Shown: piece by piece, positions 59,037-64,000 of the stretch
Layout of the letters: the number at the start of each line of letters is the position of its first letter
Position numbering within the stretch: the stretch's first letter is position 1
NCBI GenBank assembly: GCA_964019335.1
Contig: OZ025701.1
Coordinates: 124,001-188,000 of the forward strand
Direction: 5' to 3'
Length of the DNA: 64,000 nucleotides
From: Diplonema japonicum
Taxonomy: Eukaryota; Protista; Euglenozoa: Diplonemea
The notes under the pieces: generated by a model
Told to the model about the DNA's origin: nothing
The model's database searches: none
The model's input: only the letters and a program-made list of their open reading frames with translations
Position numbers and translations under genes: made by a program

Positions 59037-60511
59037 CTAAACAAAATGGCACGGCATGGACGCAAGATTGAGCCGCCGCATTTCGGGGAGCGTGAGGGAG
59101 ACGATCTTACCGTCGAAAGGTGTTTGGTGCACTCGGGTGCTCAGGTATGCGACGAGAGCAGTCACGATCAGGATGGTGGAAATGCTATCGAAGGAATCCT
59201 GGTCGGCAGTTACACTACCCACAACAACTATGCAAGCCCACAAGATGGGCGCGGATATCATTGCCACGAGGCCTGCTATGCCGCCAGGGATCTTATACGG
59301 GCGGTGCAGGGAGGGGTGCTTCACCCGCAACACAACGACGCTGCACAGCACCATGATCAGCCGCAAGGCGTACAGTACCTGCTCGACACTCACAAGCATT
59401 TCGAAGTTCATGGTCACCGTCAAGGCAAAGGTCACAATAGCGTTTAACACGATAGCATTCACAGGCGTCCTTCGAGTAGGGTGCAGGGCACCAAAGGTTT
59501 TGTTGATACTTGCGGTAAAACACCCCAGAGTGCACATTCCCTGAAACGCACGTGAAGTGGTGCACAATGCGCACACCGTGAATCCGAAGGCAGACACGGC
59601 ACCGCCCAACACCATCGCTACCTCTAGCCACGTTCCACCGATCATCCCTGCCACAGGGACCCAGTACCCATCCGTCCACTCTGAGTAGTCTCCTTCATCG
59701 CCACCGTGTGCCGCTGACACACCAGCAAGAACGGGCATCGCGTACACCATTTGTGACAGAATGAGAAGCATTACCAATGCTTTTACAAGGGTCTTCCCTG
59801 GCACGCTGACTTCTTCTACCACGTGCCCCGCATTGTCGAAGCCGCTGAAGTTCCACGAGATGAGCGGTAGGAACGCCCGCCAGTCGACAGTCGTAGGAGT
59901 ATCCCCCCAGTGCGACGACGTCATGCGTGGTGCCTCGCACAAGAACAGCAACAGGAAAGGGAGCACAGAAAACACCATCAACAACACCCCGCTGCTGCCC
60001 ACCTGGTCGATCCCAGCTACGTTGAGCAGAGCACAAGATGCAATGAGGAGGAACTGCAACAATATACGAGTTGCAAAGCTGATCCCTATGAAGCGCTGCA
60101 GATAATCTGCGAAAAGGTTCGGGTATAGGGAGTTGTCCACTACGTCCAGCGTCGCCGTCCACAGCACGGCCAGCATGGTCGCCCACTCGGGCAGCGCAAC
60201 GTTGATCCACATGATGGGGCCCGCGTTTGATGGGATCATCGTAGCCAGTTCGGCCACACTGTGGTTTCTGAATTAAGTGTTAACTGACCATACGCTAGTG
60301 CAGATGGCAATCCCCACAACCATGGCAGGAAGGCTATCCCAATAAGCGTGTTCAGCGGCCCTGCTGTCTTGATGCACCCCTCGATGCCATACGCACCTCC
60401 AACAGTCCCGACAAAGAGCACTCCAAGAAGCTGCTTCGTCCCGAGGCTGGGCTTTGGGGCATGATCGCGCTCATCATGACTGTCGCACACGAAGCAGTCC
60501 CTAACAAGCAT
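59037..60511 (-). CDS. APC-superfamily amino acid/polyamine permease (479 aa); intron 60259..60293
   Basis: VGGAYGIE..AGPL..GLPSALAVAELATMIP, WNFSGFDN..VEEV, RAFQGM, LHRPYKIP, and about 12 TM helices. Confidence 0.9.
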
Positions 60512-60623
60512 CTGATGTGTAAACCTTAGGTTGTTAGAACGGTGAGTATGCACCATAAAAAAGGTTGTAAGCTCTTTCGATTTTGTCGGATGGGTGATAC
60601 AAGAACACAATTTTCACAGAACA

Positions 60624-63600
60624 CTACGTTTGTATATGCAGCAAGCTCTCCCAGTGCGCGGAGGTCGCCTGAAGGGTTGTGACGGTGTGGATGCAGGACG
60701 CGAAGGGAGACGCAGATGGAACGGACGCAATGATTCTGGCAATGGAAGAAGGAAGTTCGTGAGGGGCGGTGGAGATATCGTTAGGGAGGTGCCTGATGTT
60801 GGAGCTGAGCTTACGCATGCTGTCGGCGATCTTCGTCCAACCGGGAGAAGTGTAGATGGCGGAAGCTGCAGTGAGCCGCATGAAAGACATAAGCAGCTCA
60901 GTACGTGTAGATGCCACCCCAATCACGGGGTACATGTCAAGGCGGGATCTGGAGGCAAGCTGCACCAACGCGACAGTGTCTGCACTGTACTCATGAGCTG
61001 CAGGCCCGCCCACCATGTTCGAAGCTATACAGCTCGACACACACAGTGAGACGAGCACTTCTGCGTCGCCCTCCTCAGCAGACACTTCAATCCAGTTTCC
61101 ACTGTATTTCGGTGCATGCCACCCGCAGTAGCCATCCTTCGTGCAGAAGACAGACGTGTACTTCTCCCCGTTGATGGTCACTTCGAACAACACACCATGT
61201 TTCGGGAGCATTATCTGGATGGGGTCACCACTTGCAGGCGCTGTCAGCCCAGTGTGCAACGGGATCCCCACGGCGACCTGCTTCCCATCCCCCATCATAT
61301 TCCCCGAGCACACGTTGCTCACAACATATGATGCCCGGACACCTTCTACACTGCTAAAAAGCTCCAGGGGTGCAGTAAATTCACTGTCACCTATTCTGCA
61401 CACAAATTGCATTGCAGCAATCACCCCAAGACCTGCAGCTACGTTGCTCGTCAACTTATTCAGAACCTCGGAGAACACACTGTCCAGCCCAGTCTGTCGG
61501 TCCCCATATGACGATTTGCCAAGCTCTATTGCAAGATCTGTGTCGAAGCTGAACGGTGTCTTGATGCAGTCTCTGTAGGGGTGGTTAAGATTCTCTTGGC
61601 TGCAGCTCATACATATCGTCACCAACCAGACAGTCGATGGTCGAGGTACTGCCGCCTTCCATGAGAGCAGCCCTGTACATATAAGTACATATAGATATAA
61701 ACACATACAAAGTCACCGTGGTTAAAGGCTTGGAGTGACGTGCGACCTCATCAATGATGCACTCCTGGTGCCTGTCCATGTACTGTGAGCGGAGTTTCCT
61801 TGCAACTGGGCTGCCCGCTTCAGGAACTGCTTCAACGGAGGAATAGATCTGCCGTGGCATTGTATTGTGGTTGCATGTAGAATATACCTGCATCCCTTCA
61901 AGTGTCAAGGCCTGTGCATTCTCCTCTCTTTTCCTTCCGATGCTTACTCTCGTAACGCTAGGGGTAGTTGCTATCGGGTTCACTATTAAATCATTACATG
62001 TCTTGAGCCTGTCTTCAATCCATTCTAGACGGGTTTCTGCATCTTCTACCCCACCTCGTGTTGCCAGCTTTTCAAACCATGCATTCCACTCAGTGAGGGA
62101 GATACCACCGTCAGAGTTGGTGTCCAGTTCACGAAATAGTACCTTGGCCCCAAGTCTCTCTTGCTTCAAAACACGGAGAAGTTCGTCGCGAGACACCTCA
62201 CCGTCCTTCGAGCACTTCGCGTCAATCTCATCGAAAGCTGCTACGGATCGCTGCTTCAAAGCAGCCCATGCAGCTTCGTCACGTGCGATACGTGACACCC
62301 CTGGGCTCTGTAGTGGGTATGCTCGTGAAGATACCTTACATACCAGTGCTGCTTCGTCTGGTGTCATAATCTTGTCGCATGTCTTGAGCCTATCTCCGAT
62401 CCACTCCAGACGTGTCTCTGCCTCCTCCACCCCACCTCGTGTTGCAAGCCTTTCAAACCAGGCATTCCACTCAGTGAGGGATATCCCACCGTCAGAGTTG
62501 GTGTCCAGTTCATGGAACAAGATCTTGGCCCCGAGCCTCTCTTGCTTCAAAACACGGAGAAGTTCGTCACGAGACACCTCACCGTCTTTGGAGCACTTCG
62601 CATCGATCTCATCGAAGGCCGCTTTGGTCTTTTTGAACAACTCTTCCATTTTTTGGATGTCGTGGTGGATGCGGTCCGCTCCCTGAGAGTTGTGTCGAGA
62701 TGCAGCAAAAGCATACCAAGGAAACGGTCTCAGGAGTCGCAATTTGGTCGCACGTCGTGAGTCTGTCTTGAATCCACTCCAGACGTGTCTCTGCCTCCTC
62801 CACCCCACCTCGTGTTGCAAGCCTTTCGAACCAGGCATTCCACTCAGTGAGGGAGATACCACCGTCAGAGTTGGTGTCCAATTCATGGAATAAGATCTTG
62901 GCCCCGAGCCTCTCTTGCTTCAAAACGCGGAGAAGTTCGTCACGCGACACCTCACCATCCTTCGAGCATTTTGCATCAATCTCATCGAAGGCCGCTTTAG
63001 TCTTCTTGAACAGTTCCTCCCTCGCCTCAATATCGTGGTGGATGCGGTCCGTTCCCTGAAACAAATGCATTCTTTTTTTTTTTCAGTACTGCATACCAAA
63101 CAAAGTTCCTCGGGAGTCGCGATCTCACAGCATGTCTTCAGACGGTCTTCAATCCATTCCAGACGTGTCTCTGCCTCAGGTATGCCTCCTTTTTCTCTCA
63201 GTCTGTTGAACCAGGCATTCCACTCAGTGAGGGAGATACCACCGTCAGAGTTGGTGTCCAGTTCATGGAATAGTACCTTGGCCCCAAGCCTCTCTTGCTT
63301 CAGAACACGGAGAAGTTCGTCGCGAGACACCTCACCGTCCTTCGAGCACTTCGCGTCAATCTCATCGAAAGCTGCTGCAACTCGCTTCTTGAGCGCCACA
63401 ACTGCTTCGTTATTTTCAGCAATCCGAGTTGCACCAGTACTCTGCAAGGAGGCTTGAAAACATAAAACAATCATACCAAAGCAGGCTCTTCAGGCGTGGC
63501 AATCTCACCGCACGTCTTGAGCCTGTCCTCAATCCACTCCAGACGTGTTTCTGCCTCCTCCACCCCACCTCGTGTTGCAAGCCTTTCAAACCAGGCATTC

Positions 63601-64000
63601 CACTCAGTGAGGGATATCCCACCGTCAGAGTTGGTGTCCAGTTCATGGAACAAGATCTTGGCCCCGAGCCTCTCTTGCTTCAAAACACGGAGAAGTTCGT
63701 CACGAGACACCTCACCGTCTTTGGAGCACTTCGCATCGATCTCATCGAAGGCCGCTTTGGTCTTTTTGAACAACTCTTCCATTTTTTGGATGTCGTGGTG
63801 GATGCGGTCCGCTCCCTGAGTGCGTGTGTCAAGATGAGCATAAGCATACCAAGGAGACTTCTTCGGGCGTTGCAATCTCGCCGCACGTTTTTAACCTGTC
63901 TTGAATCCACTCCAGACGTGTCTCTGCCTCCTCCACCCCACCTCGTGTTGCAAGCCTTTCGAACCAGGCATTCCACTCAGTGAGGGAGATACCACCGTCA
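60624..64000 (-). CDS. Tandem EF-hand-pair repeat protein with unknown C-terminal domain (5' end outside window)
   Basis: At least 6 modules of AAFDEIDAKCSKDGEVSRDEL..FHELDTNSDGGISLTEW. They join via phase-0 introns (62308..62343, 62683..62716, 63056..63096, 63442..63476, 63816..63849), then via 61673..61708 and 61573..61612 to ORF 60624..61706. Confidence 0.85.
61990..64000 (-). repeat. About 375-bp exon+intron tandem repeat with 1133-bp higher-order period
   Basis: Near-identical blocks at 62588 and 63721 (offset 1133). Three module subtypes alternate. Confidence 0.85.

Noticed and set aside
193-63983. Plus-strand ORFs in the track (e.g. 37212..38204, 29292..29927, 61865..62686)
   Set aside because: They are antisense shadows of minus-strand genes (Ser/Phe/Leu-rich mirrors of E/K coiled coils) with no motifs.
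1-64000. tRNA, rRNA, SL RNA or telomeric repeats
   Set aside because: No recognisable cloverleaf, rRNA signature, spliced-leader sequence or TTAGGG array was seen by eye.

Overview
This is eukaryotic genomic DNA, most consistent with a euglenozoan (diplonemid-like) protist. All 22 protein-coding genes I can model lie on the minus strand as one directional cluster. Most are split by very short GT-AG introns (mostly 30-57 nt, donor usually GTATG), so many entries in the ORF track are exons. After manual splicing, every complete model gives an intact reading frame. The genes encode a TPR protein, a DAO-like flavoprotein, an ankyrin + polycystin (TRPP-like) channel, a Ubl/KH/coiled-coil protein, a TBCC-domain protein, ribosomal protein S29 (absent from the ORF track), a beta-lactamase-fold membrane protein, a GH47 mannosidase, tubulin-tyrosine ligase, a SPRY coiled-coil protein, an SGNH esterase-like protein, MFS and APC transporters, a WDR62-like WD40 protein, kinesin-3, a Ubl-ankyrin protein and a tandem EF-hand protein. 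The most notable findings are: (1) a single spliced gene fusing an N-acetylneuraminate-lyase/DHDPS-family aldolase to deoxyribose-phosphate aldolase (DeoC); (2) next to it, an APS kinase-ATP sulfurylase-pyrophosphatase triple fusion with an N-terminal type II membrane anchor, a candidate Golgi-lumenal PAPS synthase; (3) an S29/uS14 that has lost 3 of its 4 zinc-binding cysteines. Intergenic DNA holds several non-autonomous DNA transposons (two Sola-like, two MITEs, one palindromic Crypton-like element). It also has long homopolymer tracts that may be partly assembly artefacts.
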